Part shown: positions 18,156 through 31,335 of the stretch, piece after piece
Numbering within the stretch: position 1 is the stretch's first letter
Layout of the letters: every line of letters begins with the position of its first letter
DNA from: Sulfurovaceae bacterium
GTDB lineage: Bacteria > Campylobacterota > Campylobacteria > Campylobacterales > Sulfurovaceae
Length of the DNA stretch: 64,000 nucleotides
NCBI GenBank assembly: GCA_963785375.1
Contig: CAWAVD010000004.1
Coordinates: 181,533-245,532, forward strand
Direction: 5' to 3'
The notes under the pieces: model-generated
Seen by the model: the letters and a program-made list of their open reading frames with translations, nothing else
What the model was told of the DNA's origin: nothing
The model's database searches: none
Made by a program: the position numbers and the translations under genes

Positions 18156-20924
18156 ATGGATTTTAAAGACACACTCCTCCTTCCAAAAACTGATTTCCCA
18201 ATGCGTGGAAACCTTCCAAATAATGAACCTAAAAAGTATAATGCATGGTTTGATGCCAATATCTATGAACAGATGAAAGCAAAACGTAAAGATGCTGAAA
18301 TGTTTACATTGCATGATGGACCTCCTTATGCAAATGGAGATATCCATATAGGACATGCACTGAACAAAATACTTAAAGACATCATTGTAAAATACAATTA
18401 TTTTCAAGGTAAAGCGGTTCGAATGACTCCAGGTTGGGATTGTCATGGTTTGCCAATAGAGCAGAAAGTTGAAGAGAAACTTGGTAAAAGCAAAAAAGAA
18501 GCAATGCCTACAGCGAAGTTTAGAGAACTTTGTCGTGCACATGCTGCCAAGTTTGTAGATATTCAGAGAGATGGTTTTAAAGCTTTAGGTGTAATTGCAG
18601 ACTGGGAGAATCCTTATGTGACAATGGATTTTAAATTTGAGGCAAATATCTACAGAACACTTTGTGAAGTGGCACAAAAAGGCCTTTTGGTTGAAAGACA
18701 CAAGCCTATTTTCTGGTCATGGGCTGCCAGAACAGCACTTGCAGATGCAGAAGTAGAATATGAGGATAAAGAAGATTATTCTATTTATGTACATTTTGAA
18801 CTTTCTGATGCAGCGAAAGAGAAGATAGGCGTAGAAGGAAAAGCAGGGCTAGTGATCTGGACAACAACACCTTGGACCCTTCCTGCCAATACAGGTATCT
18901 CTTTAAACCCTGAAGAGATGTATGTATTAACTGATGATGGACATATCGTTGCAGATGCACGCTATGATGCAATGATAGAAGAGGGTGTAGTATCTGGACA
19001 TGCAAGTAGAAAAATAGCTGCAACTGAAATGGAAAACCTTTTAGCTATCAATCCTGTAAATGGCCGTACATCCAAAGTCATCCTTGGTGAGCATGTATTG
19101 ATGGATGGTGGTACGGGATGTGTACATACAGCACCTGGACATGGTGAAGATGACTACAAAGTAGGCCTTAAGTATGGTCTTGAAGTGGTGATGCCTGTAG
19201 ATGAACGTGGATGTTATGATGAGAGTGTAAAAGGTTTAAATCTTCTTCCTAATGCGGATGAGTTTATCGGAATGCATATCTTTAAAGCAAATGAGCCTAT
19301 CTTGGATATCTTGGGCGATTCCTTATTAAAACAGAGCAAGTTCATGCACTCTTATCCACACTGTTGGAGAACGAAAAAGCCATTGATCTATAGAGCAACG
19401 AACCAATGGTTTATTTCTATAGATGACACTGCAAAGGGTGCTAAAGAGACGTTGAGAAATACAGCATTGAATGCTATTAAAAGTGTGGATTTTTATCCTA
19501 AGACAGCAGAAAATCGTCTCAAGCCAATGATAGAGGGAAGACCTGATTGGTGTATTTCACGTCAACGTTCTTGGGGTGTACCTATAGCATTCTTTAGAAA
19601 TAAGAGTACGAAAGAAGTGATCTTTGATGAAAAGGTTTTAGAGCATGTGGCAAGTCTTTTTGATGCGCAAGGTGCAGATGCCTGGTACGCTATGAGTATA
19701 GAAGATCTTCTTCCTGCAGGTTCGGGCTACAATCCAAATGATCTAGAGAAGATCGATGATATCCTGGATGTATGGTTTGACTCTGGTTCTACTTGGAACT
19801 CAGTGATCAAAAGTGGCAACTATGATGCAGGTGAGTACCCGGCATCTCTTTACATTGAAGGAAGTGATCAGCATAGAGGTTGGTTCCAATCATCGTTATT
19901 GCTCTCAGCTGCAGTGAATGAAGTTTCACCTTACAAAACACTGATTACTCATGGGTTTACTGTGGATGAGAAAGGTGAGAAGATGTCTAAGTCTAAAGGT
20001 AATGTAGTTGCTCCGGACAAAGTCATTAAAGAATATGGTTCAGAAATTCTTAGATTATGGGTAGCACTTTCTGACTATCAGTCAGATTTGAAGATCTCTG
20101 ACGGCATTTTGAAACAGACTGCTGAACAGTATAGAAAAATAAGAAATACGTTTAGATTTTTGCTTGCAAATGTGGATGATCTTGAAACATATGTTACCAA
20201 TGATGCATATGGAGAGCTAGACAGATGGATCCTGAGGAAAGCATCAAATGTATTTGCATCAGTCAAAAGCTCTTTTGATGCCAATGATTTCCTTAGAGGA
20301 TTTGCAACATTGAATCACTTTATCACCAATGAGCTTTCAGGTATCTACATGGATATTACAAAAGACAGACTTTACTGTGAAGATAAAAATGACTCCGTAA
20401 GAAGAGCAACCCAGTCTGCAATGGCACATATTTCTAAAGCTATGTTGGGACTTGTCGCTCCAGTCTTGACCTATACAGTGGATGAGATTCTTGAATATGC
20501 ACCTGCACTTTTTAAAGGTGACATGGAAAATGTATTTGATCTTGTCTATGTTGAAGTACCAGAAGTTGAAGCGAGTTTTGATGATAAGATCCTATTGGAA
20601 GCTAGAGTGAAATTCTCTGAAGCGGTTGATAAACTTAAAAAAGAGAAATTGATGAAATCGACACTTGAGGTTGAGATCGCAGGTGATATGAGTGTATTTT
20701 CTATTGAGGATAGTAAAGATCTTGAAGACTGGTTTGTAGTTTCAGCAATGAAATCAATCAGTGAGGGTGAACAAGTTGCTTCCTTTAAAGTAAATGGATC
20801 AACATATACAGTACATAAAGCAACTGCTTCAAAATGTCCAAGATGTTGGAGATTTACAAGTAGTAGTGAAGAGTGTACTTGTGAGAGATGTACTAAGGTA
20901 GTTGGTAATGGAGAAGTTGCCTAA
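18156..20924 (+). CDS. ileS: Isoleucine--tRNA ligase
   Basis: HIGH, KMSKS, WCISRQR and C-terminal CPRCW zinc motif. Confidence 0.98.
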   Translation: MDFKDTLLLPKTDFPMRGNLPNNEPKKYNAWFDANIYEQMKAKRKDAEMFTLHDGPPYANGDIHIGHALNKILKDIIVKYNYFQGKAVRMTPGWDCHGLPIEQKVEEKLGKSKKEAMPTAKFRELCRAHAAKFVDIQRDGFKALGVIADWENPYVTMDFKFEANIYRTLCEVAQKGLLVERHKPIFWSWAARTALADAEVEYEDKEDYSIYVHFELSDAAKEKIGVEGKAGLVIWTTTPWTLPANTGISLNPEEMYVLTDDGHIVADARYDAMIEEGVVSGHASRKIAATEMENLLAINPVNGRTSKVILGEHVLMDGGTGCVHTAPGHGEDDYKVGLKYGLEVVMPVDERGCYDESVKGLNLLPNADEFIGMHIFKANEPILDILGDSLLKQSKFMHSYPHCWRTKKPLIYRATNQWFISIDDTAKGAKETLRNTALNAIKSVDFYPKTAENRLKPMIEGRPDWCISRQRSWGVPIAFFRNKSTKEVIFDEKVLEHVASLFDAQGADAWYAMSIEDLLPAGSGYNPNDLEKIDDILDVWFDSGSTWNSVIKSGNYDAGEYPASLYIEGSDQHRGWFQSSLLLSAAVNEVSPYKTLITHGFTVDEKGEKMSKSKGNVVAPDKVIKEYGSEILRLWVALSDYQSDLKISDGILKQTAEQYRKIRNTFRFLLANVDDLETYVTNDAYGELDRWILRKASNVFASVKSSFDANDFLRGFATLNHFITNELSGIYMDITKDRLYCEDKNDSVRRATQSAMAHISKAMLGLVAPVLTYTVDEILEYAPALFKGDMENVFDLVYVEVPEVEASFDDKILLEARVKFSEAVDKLKKEKLMKSTLEVEIAGDMSVFSIEDSKDLEDWFVVSAMKSISEGEQVASFKVNGSTYTVHKATASKCPRCWRFTSSSEECTCERCTKVVGNGEVA

Positions 20925-21045
20925 TGTTTGATATGACTCAGCCTATACAAATGGAAGTGATCATTGGTTCGATTGTTTTTATATTTGGACTCGTAGGGAT
21001 AGGGTTGGCTGTAGTAGAATATTATAAGAGAAAAGGAAGCAAGTC

Positions 21046-21049
<4 letters not shown>
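20924..21049 (+). CDS. 41-aa single-pass membrane protein (not in ORF track)
   Basis: [41 protein letters not shown]; TAATG overlap with ileS and GTGA overlap with gatA. Confidence 0.75.
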
Positions 21050-23848
<2,799 letters not shown>

Positions 23849-23864
23849 TTATTTTCTTCTCTAT

Positions 23865-23890
23865 GTATTACCACATTTTTGTGGTAATGC
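23865..23890 (+). terminator. Hairpin after guaB
   Basis: gtattaccac-attttt-gtggtaatgc. Confidence 0.6.
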
Positions 23891-23988
23891 ACCATTTAAA
23901 AATAAATTGTCTTTTATCTCTTCAATTAATCTTCTATTCAAGCAAGCACAAGCTATAATTTACCTATATAATTAAATAAGGAATTGTA

Positions 23989-25251
23989 ATGCACGAACAA
24001 ACACTGGCCATCCATGCAGGATATGAGAAAGATGCACAGGGGACAATGGCAGTACCTATATATCAGAGTACAGCATATGAGTTTAGAGATACAGAACATG
24101 CGGCAAATCTTTTTGCACTAAAAGAGTTGGGGAATATCTATACGCGTCTTATGAACCCAACTACAGATGTTTTTGAGAAGCGTTTTGCTGCACTTGAAGG
24201 TGGTGTCGCAGCTATAGGTACAGCATCTGGTATGGCAGCTATCTTTTATTCCATTGCCAATGTAGCAGAGTCCGGAGATAATATTGTTGTTGCTAAGCAA
24301 GTCTATGGAGGAACAACGACACTGACGGGACATACTATTAAGCGTTTTGGTATAGAAACACGTTACTTTGATGTACGAAATCCCAGTGAACTTGAAAGAC
24401 TGATTGATGATAAAACGAAGATCATCATTTTTGAGAGTATTACGAATCCTAGTATAGATGTTGCGGACATTGAAGCAATTGTTGAAATAGCTGATAAATA
24501 TAACGTCATTACTTGTGTCGATAACACTGTAGCAACGCCTATATTGTGTAAACCATTAGCACATGGTGTGGATTTAAGTGTCCATAGTACTAGTAAATAT
24601 ACTACTGGACAAGGTCTGGCACTGGGTGGTGTGATCGTTGAGCGTGAGAATCTTGTAGAGAAGATCAAAGGTAATGCACGTTATAGCCATTTCAACACTC
24701 CAGATGCAAGTTATCATGGACTTGTTTATAGTGATGTTCCATTACCTATCTTTACACTTAGAGTACGTCTTGCACTCTTGCGTGATCTTGGAGGTGCACC
24801 TAGTCCATTTAACTCATGGTTGCATATTCAAGGTCTTGAGACACTGCCACTTCGTATGAAACAGCACTCTGCTTCCGCACTCGCGATTGCAGAATTTCTA
24901 GAAGCACACCCGAAGGTAAAAAGAGTCAATTACCCTGGACTAAAGTCAAGTGCTCAAAACACACTTGTTGAAAAGTATTTTAAAGAGGGTATGGCTAGCG
25001 GTCTTATCTCATTTGAAGTAGAGGGTAAAGAGCTGGCACAAAGTATCGCAGATGCAACAGATATTTTTGCAGTGGTTGTAAACATTGGAGACAGCAAGTC
25101 TATTATTACTCATCCAGCGAGTACAACACATCAACAACTCTCAGCAAAAGAGCTTGAAGAAGCAGGTGTGCCAGGTGGACTTATAAGACTAAGCGTGGGT
25201 CTTGAAGATACACAAGACTTAATTGATGATTTAACAAAAGCACTTGGATAG
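23989..25251 (+). CDS. metY: O-acetylhomoserine aminocarboxypropyltransferase (sulfhydrylase)
   Basis: GNIYTRLMNPT, VHSTSKY (PLP lysine), HPASTTHQQL. Confidence 0.93.
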   Translation: MHEQTLAIHAGYEKDAQGTMAVPIYQSTAYEFRDTEHAANLFALKELGNIYTRLMNPTTDVFEKRFAALEGGVAAIGTASGMAAIFYSIANVAESGDNIVVAKQVYGGTTTLTGHTIKRFGIETRYFDVRNPSELERLIDDKTKIIIFESITNPSIDVADIEAIVEIADKYNVITCVDNTVATPILCKPLAHGVDLSVHSTSKYTTGQGLALGGVIVERENLVEKIKGNARYSHFNTPDASYHGLVYSDVPLPIFTLRVRLALLRDLGGAPSPFNSWLHIQGLETLPLRMKQHSASALAIAEFLEAHPKVKRVNYPGLKSSAQNTLVEKYFKEGMASGLISFEVEGKELAQSIADATDIFAVVVNIGDSKSIITHPASTTHQQLSAKELEEAGVPGGLIRLSVGLEDTQDLIDDLTKALG

Positions 25252-25299
25252 TTATAAAGCGCAAATTAGATAAAATACTACAAAGTAATATAATTAAAT

Positions 25300-25396
25300 A
25301 GGATATTGTGTTCAGATGCGGCTAATCGCATGAGCCAACTGATGGAGTTGTCATAGTGACAACGTAGCTTTTTGGGCTTAGCTCAAAAAGTGTCCT
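25300..25396 (+). ncRNA. Structured 5' leader of metX, candidate cis-regulatory RNA
   Basis: Three hairpins enclosed by a basal helix, downstream of a TAAAAT -10 box at 25271-25276. Confidence 0.55.
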
Positions 25397-25413
25397 ATAG
25401 TAAAAAGCAGTCT

Positions 25414-26508
25414 ATGGAAATCACAACTAAAACAGCACAGTTTAGCTCTCCTCTATACCTAGAGAGTGGGCGTATCTTAGAACCCTATGAGATCGCCTAT
25501 GAGACTTATGGAGAGTTAAATGAAGATAAATCCAATGTTATTTTAGTGTGTCATGCACTGAGTGGTTCTCATCATGCTGCGGGTACCTATGAAGGTGAAC
25601 GAAAAGCTGGTTGGTGGGATGGACTGATAGGTGATGGTAAAGCTATCGATACCAGTAAAAACTATGTTATATGTACCAATGTCATAGGTTCTTGTTTCGG
25701 TACAACTGGACCTATGAGTAACGATTATCCAAGTGAAGATCCTTATAGACTTAGGTTTCCTGTAGTGACGATTAAAGATATGGTACGTGCACAGATGCAT
25801 CTTCTTTCTCAGATGGGTATTTACCATGTGAGTGCTATAGTAGGCGGTTCTATGGGTGGAATGCAAGCACTTCAGTTTGCTGTAGATTATCCAAATTTTG
25901 CAGATGATATTATTTCGCTCGCTGCAACTTATGCAACAAGACCTTGGACTATTGCATTTAATAAAGTGGCTGTAGAGGCGATACGTCGAGATCCACGATT
26001 TAAGCATGGAAATTATGAAAAAGGTGCATTTACAGAAGAAGGTTTGGATGGTCTGGCTATAGGACGTATAGCCGGACATATTTCTTACCTTTCACCAGAC
26101 TCTATGGATGATAAGTTTGGCCGTAATTATGTCAATAATGATGGTTTATTTGAGCTTTTTGGTCGTTATGAAGTTGAGAGATACATGGAGTACAATACCA
26201 ATAATTTTTCACGTATATTCGATCCGCTTTCTTACCTATATATTGTTAAGGCGATCAATACATTTAACTTAAGTCGTGGATATGACTCCTTACATGATGC
26301 CATTTCACGTATCAAAGCCAATGTACATTTAATCAGTTTTTCATCCGATTATCTTTTTTTTCCTTCAGAGATGGAACATATCGCTAATATGATGAAACGT
26401 AATGGACAGTCGCATACTTACTTAGAAGTTCAAAGTGATTACGGGCATGATGCTTTTTTAGTGGAGTTAAATAAATTTGAAGATCATATCAAGGATGTAT
26501 TAAAATGA
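25414..26508 (+). CDS. metX: Homoserine O-acetyltransferase
   Basis: CHALSG, GWWDGLIG, GGSMGG and GHDAFL motifs; ATG at 25414 preferred over TTG at 25372. Confidence 0.95.
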   Translation: MEITTKTAQFSSPLYLESGRILEPYEIAYETYGELNEDKSNVILVCHALSGSHHAAGTYEGERKAGWWDGLIGDGKAIDTSKNYVICTNVIGSCFGTTGPMSNDYPSEDPYRLRFPVVTIKDMVRAQMHLLSQMGIYHVSAIVGGSMGGMQALQFAVDYPNFADDIISLAATYATRPWTIAFNKVAVEAIRRDPRFKHGNYEKGAFTEEGLDGLAIGRIAGHISYLSPDSMDDKFGRNYVNNDGLFELFGRYEVERYMEYNTNNFSRIFDPLSYLYIVKAINTFNLSRGYDSLHDAISRIKANVHLISFSSDYLFFPSEMEHIANMMKRNGQSHTYLEVQSDYGHDAFLVELNKFEDHIKDVLK

Positions 26509-26714
26509 AAAATGAAACATTTGAAGAAAAATTAGAACATTCAAAAGAATTACTTGAAAAACTTATGAATCCAGAGATCACGCTTGAAGAATCTGTCAAG
26601 CTGTATGAAGAAGGTTTAAAAAACATCAAAGAGGCACAAAAACTTATAGAAGAAGCCAAAACAAAAATCACAGTCATCGAGCAAACTAGCCAAAATTCAG
26701 GAGATACCCTATAA
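26505..26714 (+). CDS. xseB: Exodeoxyribonuclease VII small subunit
   Basis: TFEEKL...ITLEESVKLYEEG pattern. Confidence 0.92.
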   Translation: MKNETFEEKLEHSKELLEKLMNPEITLEESVKLYEEGLKNIKEAQKLIEEAKTKITVIEQTSQNSGDTL

Positions 26715-27517
26715 TGTCACAACTTGTTGTAGCAGCACTCCAATTACCAACATTGGGCATGAATGCAACAAGGCTTGAGTTTTATTTGAAACAAGCCAAA
26801 CAAAGAGATGCAGATGTAATGCTTCTTGGTGAATATGTACTTAATCATTTTTTTAAAGAGTTTGCTACGATGTCACCTAATATGGTTAAAGAGCAAACAA
26901 GAAAACATACAGAACTTCTTAAAAATCTTGCCGAAAAATATGACATTGTTTTTGTGGCACCTATTATTATTACTAAAAAAGACGGTTACCATAAAACAAT
27001 TGTCAAGATCACACCAAAAAATACAAGATACTATGAACAGCAGATTCTTCTTCCTTATGCACATTGGAATGAGAAGAAATTCTTTGCAAATCCGATCAAA
27101 CCCCTCAAGGATCCTATGACATTCAATATCAAAGGATTTAAAGTGATGGTGATGGCTGGGTTTGAACTTCATTTTGGCCATTTCTGGCAAAGAGTAACTG
27201 AAAAGAAGATCGACCTTGTACTGCTTCCTACCGCTTCAACATTTGGATCTCATAATCGTTGGAGAGAGATCATTAAAACAAAAGCCTTTTTACATGGGTG
27301 TTACATACTGAGAGCAAACCGTTTAGGCGAATATAGTGACGATGAAGTTAAATGGAAGTTTTATGGTGACACAATGCTGGTTTCTCCAGAGGGTGAAGTA
27401 GATATGATGCTTGAAGATAAAGAGTCTATGTTGGTTGAAGTGATAGATAAAAGAGAAGTTTTAGAGCACCGAAAAGCATGGGCATTTGAGAAAGAATTGC
27501 AGCTAAGAATAGAATAG
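26714..27517 (+). CDS. Carbon-nitrogen hydrolase family protein
   Basis: AALQL, LLGEY, RANRLG and FYGD motifs typical of the Campylobacterota nitrilase-like family. Confidence 0.8.
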   Translation: MSQLVVAALQLPTLGMNATRLEFYLKQAKQRDADVMLLGEYVLNHFFKEFATMSPNMVKEQTRKHTELLKNLAEKYDIVFVAPIIITKKDGYHKTIVKITPKNTRYYEQQILLPYAHWNEKKFFANPIKPLKDPMTFNIKGFKVMVMAGFELHFGHFWQRVTEKKIDLVLLPTASTFGSHNRWREIIKTKAFLHGCYILRANRLGEYSDDEVKWKFYGDTMLVSPEGEVDMMLEDKESMLVEVIDKREVLEHRKAWAFEKELQLRIE

Positions 27518-27569
27518 TACTTTCTTACTAAAAAAATACTATGATGAAAATCTATAAAAAGGACTTGAT

Positions 27570-28244
27570 ATGACACCAGAACAATACTTTAATAGACAGA
27601 TACAGTTATGGGGTGAAGCTACACAAAAGTCGCTTCAAAACAAGAAGATAGCTATTATTGGCTCTGGTGGTTTGGGATGTACTTTGGCAATGGCTCTAGG
27701 TACATCAGGAATAGGGGAGATCCACATGGTGGATTTCGATACGGTTTCGAATCATAATATACACAGACAAATAGCATTTAAGCTTGATGATGAAGGGAAA
27801 AACAAAGCAAAAGCTGTAGCAGCTCTTATTGAGGCTAAAAATCCTTTTGTGAAGGCAGTTGCTTTTGATATGGATTTTGACGCATTTAAAGGTATGGGAA
27901 ATACCTACGATCTCATATTGGATGCGACAGACAATCTTCCTGTTAGAGGAGAGATAGATCAGCATGCCAAAGAGACAAGTACACCTTGGATCTATGCAAG
28001 TGTAGAAGAGTTTAACGGACAGGTTTGTTTCTTTAATGAAGCAAACTTTCAAGTCTTCAACATTTCTGATCATAAACCTGGAGGCATTACTGCACCAATT
28101 GTCATGCATATTGGATCACTGCAAGCTAACTTAGCATTACGATATCTGGCAGGGCTTCCGGTGACAAAAGATAAACTCTATTACCTTTATTTTAATGATG
28201 AAGGTGAATTGATCACACAAAAATTTGGCATGCCAAAGATCTAA
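27570..28244 (+). CDS. HesA/MoeB/ThiF-family adenylyltransferase
   Basis: RQIQLWG, IIGSGGLG, DFDTVSNHNIHRQ and LDATDN motifs. Confidence 0.9.
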   Translation: MTPEQYFNRQIQLWGEATQKSLQNKKIAIIGSGGLGCTLAMALGTSGIGEIHMVDFDTVSNHNIHRQIAFKLDDEGKNKAKAVAALIEAKNPFVKAVAFDMDFDAFKGMGNTYDLILDATDNLPVRGEIDQHAKETSTPWIYASVEEFNGQVCFFNEANFQVFNISDHKPGGITAPIVMHIGSLQANLALRYLAGLPVTKDKLYYLYFNDEGELITQKFGMPKI

Positions 28245-28286
28245 AACTAAAATAAAACGTGTTAAAATACGATGAAGGGATCAATA

Positions 28287-28628
28287 ATGAAATCAAAAAT
28301 ATTACTTTTATCAGGAATGGTCTTGTTTTTGACCGGATGTACACAAGAGACACAGAACAGTTTAAGTCGCTCACTTCAAAACTGGACAGGAACAAATGGT
28401 GTACTTGATATCTATGCCGGTGATAAGTTGGTACATAAGTTTATTAAGATAGATAAACTTTCAACAGCATATGGAAGCAATGACAGTAAACTAAGACCTT
28501 ACCGGTATGGGTATGGGTATGATGATCTAAACTTTAATGGTAAACAAGATGAAGGTGAGGTGAAGGTCTATTTTGAATTTTCTGACTACTCAACCTCTTA
28601 TATATTTTATGAAAGAAATACACAATAA
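28287..28628 (+). CDS. Hypothetical lipoprotein
   Basis: Lipobox FLTGC; RBS aaggga before ATG 28287. Confidence 0.7.
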   Translation: MKSKILLLSGMVLFLTGCTQETQNSLSRSLQNWTGTNGVLDIYAGDKLVHKFIKIDKLSTAYGSNDSKLRPYRYGYGYDDLNFNGKQDEGEVKVYFEFSDYSTSYIFYERNTQ

Positions 28629-28649
28629 TCACATTTAAAGGAACTAACT

Positions 28650-29051
28650 ATGAATTTTATCTCAACAAACAATGCACCACAGGCGATTGGACCATATTCT
28701 CAGGCAGTTGTAGCGAATGGAATGATCTATACTTCAGGCCAGATAGGTTTGACACCGGAAGGTGTATTCGCCGCAGAAGATGTGGCTGGGCAAATGGATC
28801 AGGTGATGAAAAATTTGATCGCTGTATTAGACGAAGGCGGAGTGACTCTGAACGAAGTGATCAAGACAACGATCTTTTTGGCAGATATGAATGACTTTGC
28901 AGTTGTGAATGATATTTATGCTTCTTACTTTGGAACGCACAGACCGGTGAGAAGTACTGTAGCAGTCAAGACACTACCTGCAAATGCACTGGTTGAGATA
29001 GATTGTGTAGCACTTGCAAATGGATTAACAAGTGGAGATTACTCATACTAG
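28650..29051 (+). CDS. RidA/YjgF-family enamine deaminase
   Basis: APQAIGPYSQA, SGQIG, RPVRSTV and LVEID motifs. Confidence 0.93.
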   Translation: MNFISTNNAPQAIGPYSQAVVANGMIYTSGQIGLTPEGVFAAEDVAGQMDQVMKNLIAVLDEGGVTLNEVIKTTIFLADMNDFAVVNDIYASYFGTHRPVRSTVAVKTLPANALVEIDCVALANGLTSGDYSY

Positions 29052-29145
29052 TTAATAAATATGTTCGGTTTAAAAAAATATTAAAATAACTTTGGGTATA
29101 ATCACGAACTTTTTTTAAGAAACAATAAGATATGAAGGGTTTGCA

Positions 29146-29451
29146 ATGTACGCAATCATTAAAGCAAGTGGCCAACAATTTAAAGTTCAAGAGGGTGATA
29201 TCATCTGTTTTGACAACATGAATCTAGAGCCAAAAGAAGCGGTAGAATTTAAAGAAGTTCTAGCGCTTGACAACGGTGAATTAACTGTAGGAGCTCCTTT
29301 TGTAGAAGGTGCTGTAGTTAAGGGTGAAGTGATCAATGAAGGTAGAGATAAAAAAGTTATCATCTACAAAAAAAGAAGAAGAAAAGATTCAAAACTTAAA
29401 AGAGGTTTCAGAAGAAGCTTTACAAGAGTTAGAATTACTAAAATAGCATAA
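29146..29451 (+). CDS. rplU: 50S ribosomal protein L21
   Basis: [14 protein letters not shown]...KRGFRR. Confidence 0.97.
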   Translation: MYAIIKASGQQFKVQEGDIICFDNMNLEPKEAVEFKEVLALDNGELTVGAPFVEGAVVKGEVINEGRDKKVIIYKKRRRKDSKLKRGFRRSFTRVRITKIA

Positions 29452-29460
29452 GGAGCTCAG

Positions 29461-29715
29461 ATGGCACACAAGAAAGGACAAGGGTCCACTCAAAATAACC
29501 GTGATTCAGCTGGACGTCGTTTAGGCGTTAAAAAATTTGGTGGTGAAGCAGTTATCCCTGGTAACATTATCATCAGACAAAGAGGAACTAAAGTTCACCC
29601 AGGTAATGGTGTAGGAATGGGTAAAGACCATACTATATTTGCACTTGTAGAAGGTGTAGTGAAATTTGATAATAAATCTGCTACGCAAAAGAAAGTTTCA
29701 GTAGTACCTGCATAA
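29461..29715 (+). CDS. rpmA: 50S ribosomal protein L27
   Basis: [24 protein letters not shown]. Confidence 0.98.
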   Translation: MAHKKGQGSTQNNRDSAGRRLGVKKFGGEAVIPGNIIIRQRGTKVHPGNGVGMGKDHTIFALVEGVVKFDNKSATQKKVSVVPA

Positions 29716-29723
29716 TCCCTATC

Positions 29724-29746
29724 TAAGTCCGACAAGTTCGGACTTA
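29724..29746. terminator. Hairpin between the convergent rpmA and lipoprotein gene
   Basis: taagtccga-caagt-tcggactta. Confidence 0.7.
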
Positions 29747-29766
29747 TATATCTGATCTCAATAAGA

Positions 29767-30078
29767 TTAGTTTCCCTCTATTTTTTCATCCTCTATAACC
29801 AATAGATGTTTACATCTGTTACGACCCAAAAACCATCCATTATTATAATCTAGACTATTATTAAAGAGTGTATGTGATTTACTATACTTTCCTTGAGCAG
29901 TGGTGCATCCATCTACAATTCCTTGTCGATAGTTTGCAGAAAAGTTTTTTCCAAAATAGATGCCGCTATGATAATATCCCCTCTTAGCGATAGGTGCTGC
30001 TTGATGTACACAACCTGTGAAAAAAAAAATTAAACTAGAAATTACTAAGATTGATACAGTCTTTTCATTAAACATCAA
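29767..30078 (-). CDS. Hypothetical lipoprotein
   Basis: Lipobox FFTGC; YRQGIVDGC and YNNGW repeat-like motifs. Confidence 0.65.
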   Translation of the reverse strand: MMFNEKTVSILVISSLIFFFTGCVHQAAPIAKRGYYHSGIYFGKNFSANYRQGIVDGCTTAQGKYSKSHTLFNNSLDYNNGWFLGRNRCKHLLVIEDEKIEGN

Positions 30079-30210
30079 TACACCTTTTATCTCAAATATA
30101 AAAATTATAGCGATTATTCCCCTAATTTAGGTATAATTTCGTAATTCATATACTATGGCCATATACTTAGCGTATATAGAGTAGTTTTTTCACAAGATTA
30201 AAGGTTATAA

Positions 30211-31326
30211 ATGTTTGTTGATAGTGTAGAACTCATTGTTAGTTCAGGTAAAGGTGGTGCAGGTGCCATCTCATTTTGGACAGAAAAATTTGTCTCTAAA
30301 GGAGGCCCTGACGGTGGCGATGGGGGACGTGGAGGTTCTGTATTTTTTAAAATAGACAATAATACAGATACACTTTCTGCACTTCGTGGGCGCAACCATA
30401 TTAAAGCAGAAAATGGTCGTCCCGGAGAAGGACGTAAATGTTATGGGCGTAAAGGACATGATACGATTATTACTGTCCCTCCAGGTACTACAGTAGTGGA
30501 CATGGACACTGGAGAGGAACTTCTTGATCTCGTGAATGAAGGTGATGTTGTACTGTTTCTTGAAGGCGGTAAGGGCGGTTTAGGAAATATGCACTTTAAG
30601 AGTTCAAGTAACCAAAGACCAACGTATGCTCAACCTGGACTTCCAGGGATCACTAAGCATGTAAGACTTGAAATGAAACTTATTGCAGATGTAGGTTTAG
30701 TCGGATATCCAAATGTAGGAAAGTCCACACTTATCTCTACACTCTCAAATGCAAGGCCTCAAGTAGCAAATTATGAATTTACTACATTGACACCAAAGCT
30801 TGGTGTGGTGCATATGGGTGACTATGATTCATTTATGATGGCAGATATTCCTGGTATTATCGAGGGAGCAAGTGATGGAAGAGGTTTAGGTTTAGAGTTT
30901 TTGAAGCACATTGAACGAACTAAAACATTGCTTTTGATGATCGATGCAGCCAATTATAGGGAGATGAAGTATCAGTACGAAACACTGCTTGTTGAGTTAC
31001 AGCGTTATTCTGAAACACTTGCAGCACGTAAACATGCGATTGCTATAACAAAAATTGATTCACTTTCACAGGATGAAGTGAATACTTTGACAGAAACATT
31101 TTTGGCTGATATAGGTTTAGAATCGAATGATACATTAACAAAATATAAAGCAGATCCAAATTATCTTAGTTATGGGTTCAAGACAGATTTTGGGGTAAAA
31201 CTACCAGAAAAGAAACCATTTTTTGTACTTCCTATCTCATCTGTAGCACATTTGAACACCGAAGCATTACGTTATGCTATGGGTGATTTTGTAAAGCATG
31301 TAAAAGAAGAAAATGAAGCTGAGTAA
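30211..31326 (+). CDS. obgE: GTPase ObgE/CgtA
   Basis: Gly-rich Obg domain, [21 protein letters not shown]. Confidence 0.97.
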   Translation: MFVDSVELIVSSGKGGAGAISFWTEKFVSKGGPDGGDGGRGGSVFFKIDNNTDTLSALRGRNHIKAENGRPGEGRKCYGRKGHDTIITVPPGTTVVDMDTGEELLDLVNEGDVVLFLEGGKGGLGNMHFKSSSNQRPTYAQPGLPGITKHVRLEMKLIADVGLVGYPNVGKSTLISTLSNARPQVANYEFTTLTPKLGVVHMGDYDSFMMADIPGIIEGASDGRGLGLEFLKHIERTKTLLLMIDAANYREMKYQYETLLVELQRYSETLAARKHAIAITKIDSLSQDEVNTLTETFLADIGLESNDTLTKYKADPNYLSYGFKTDFGVKLPEKKPFFVLPISSVAHLNTEALRYAMGDFVKHVKEENEAE

Positions 31327-31335
31327 GTAGGTTTT

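Noticed and set aside
25338-25395. Hammerhead ribozyme (CTGATGGA-stem-GTAG) or THF riboswitch in the metX leader
   Set aside because: The hammerhead needs CUGANGA and GAAA plus a closing stem I, which are not present; the THF signatures GAGUAG and GCGUUAAGUG are missing
30149-30186. Small hairpin in the obgE leader (atatac-ttagc-gtatat)
   Set aside because: Short AT-rich stem, not distinguishable from background without comparative data
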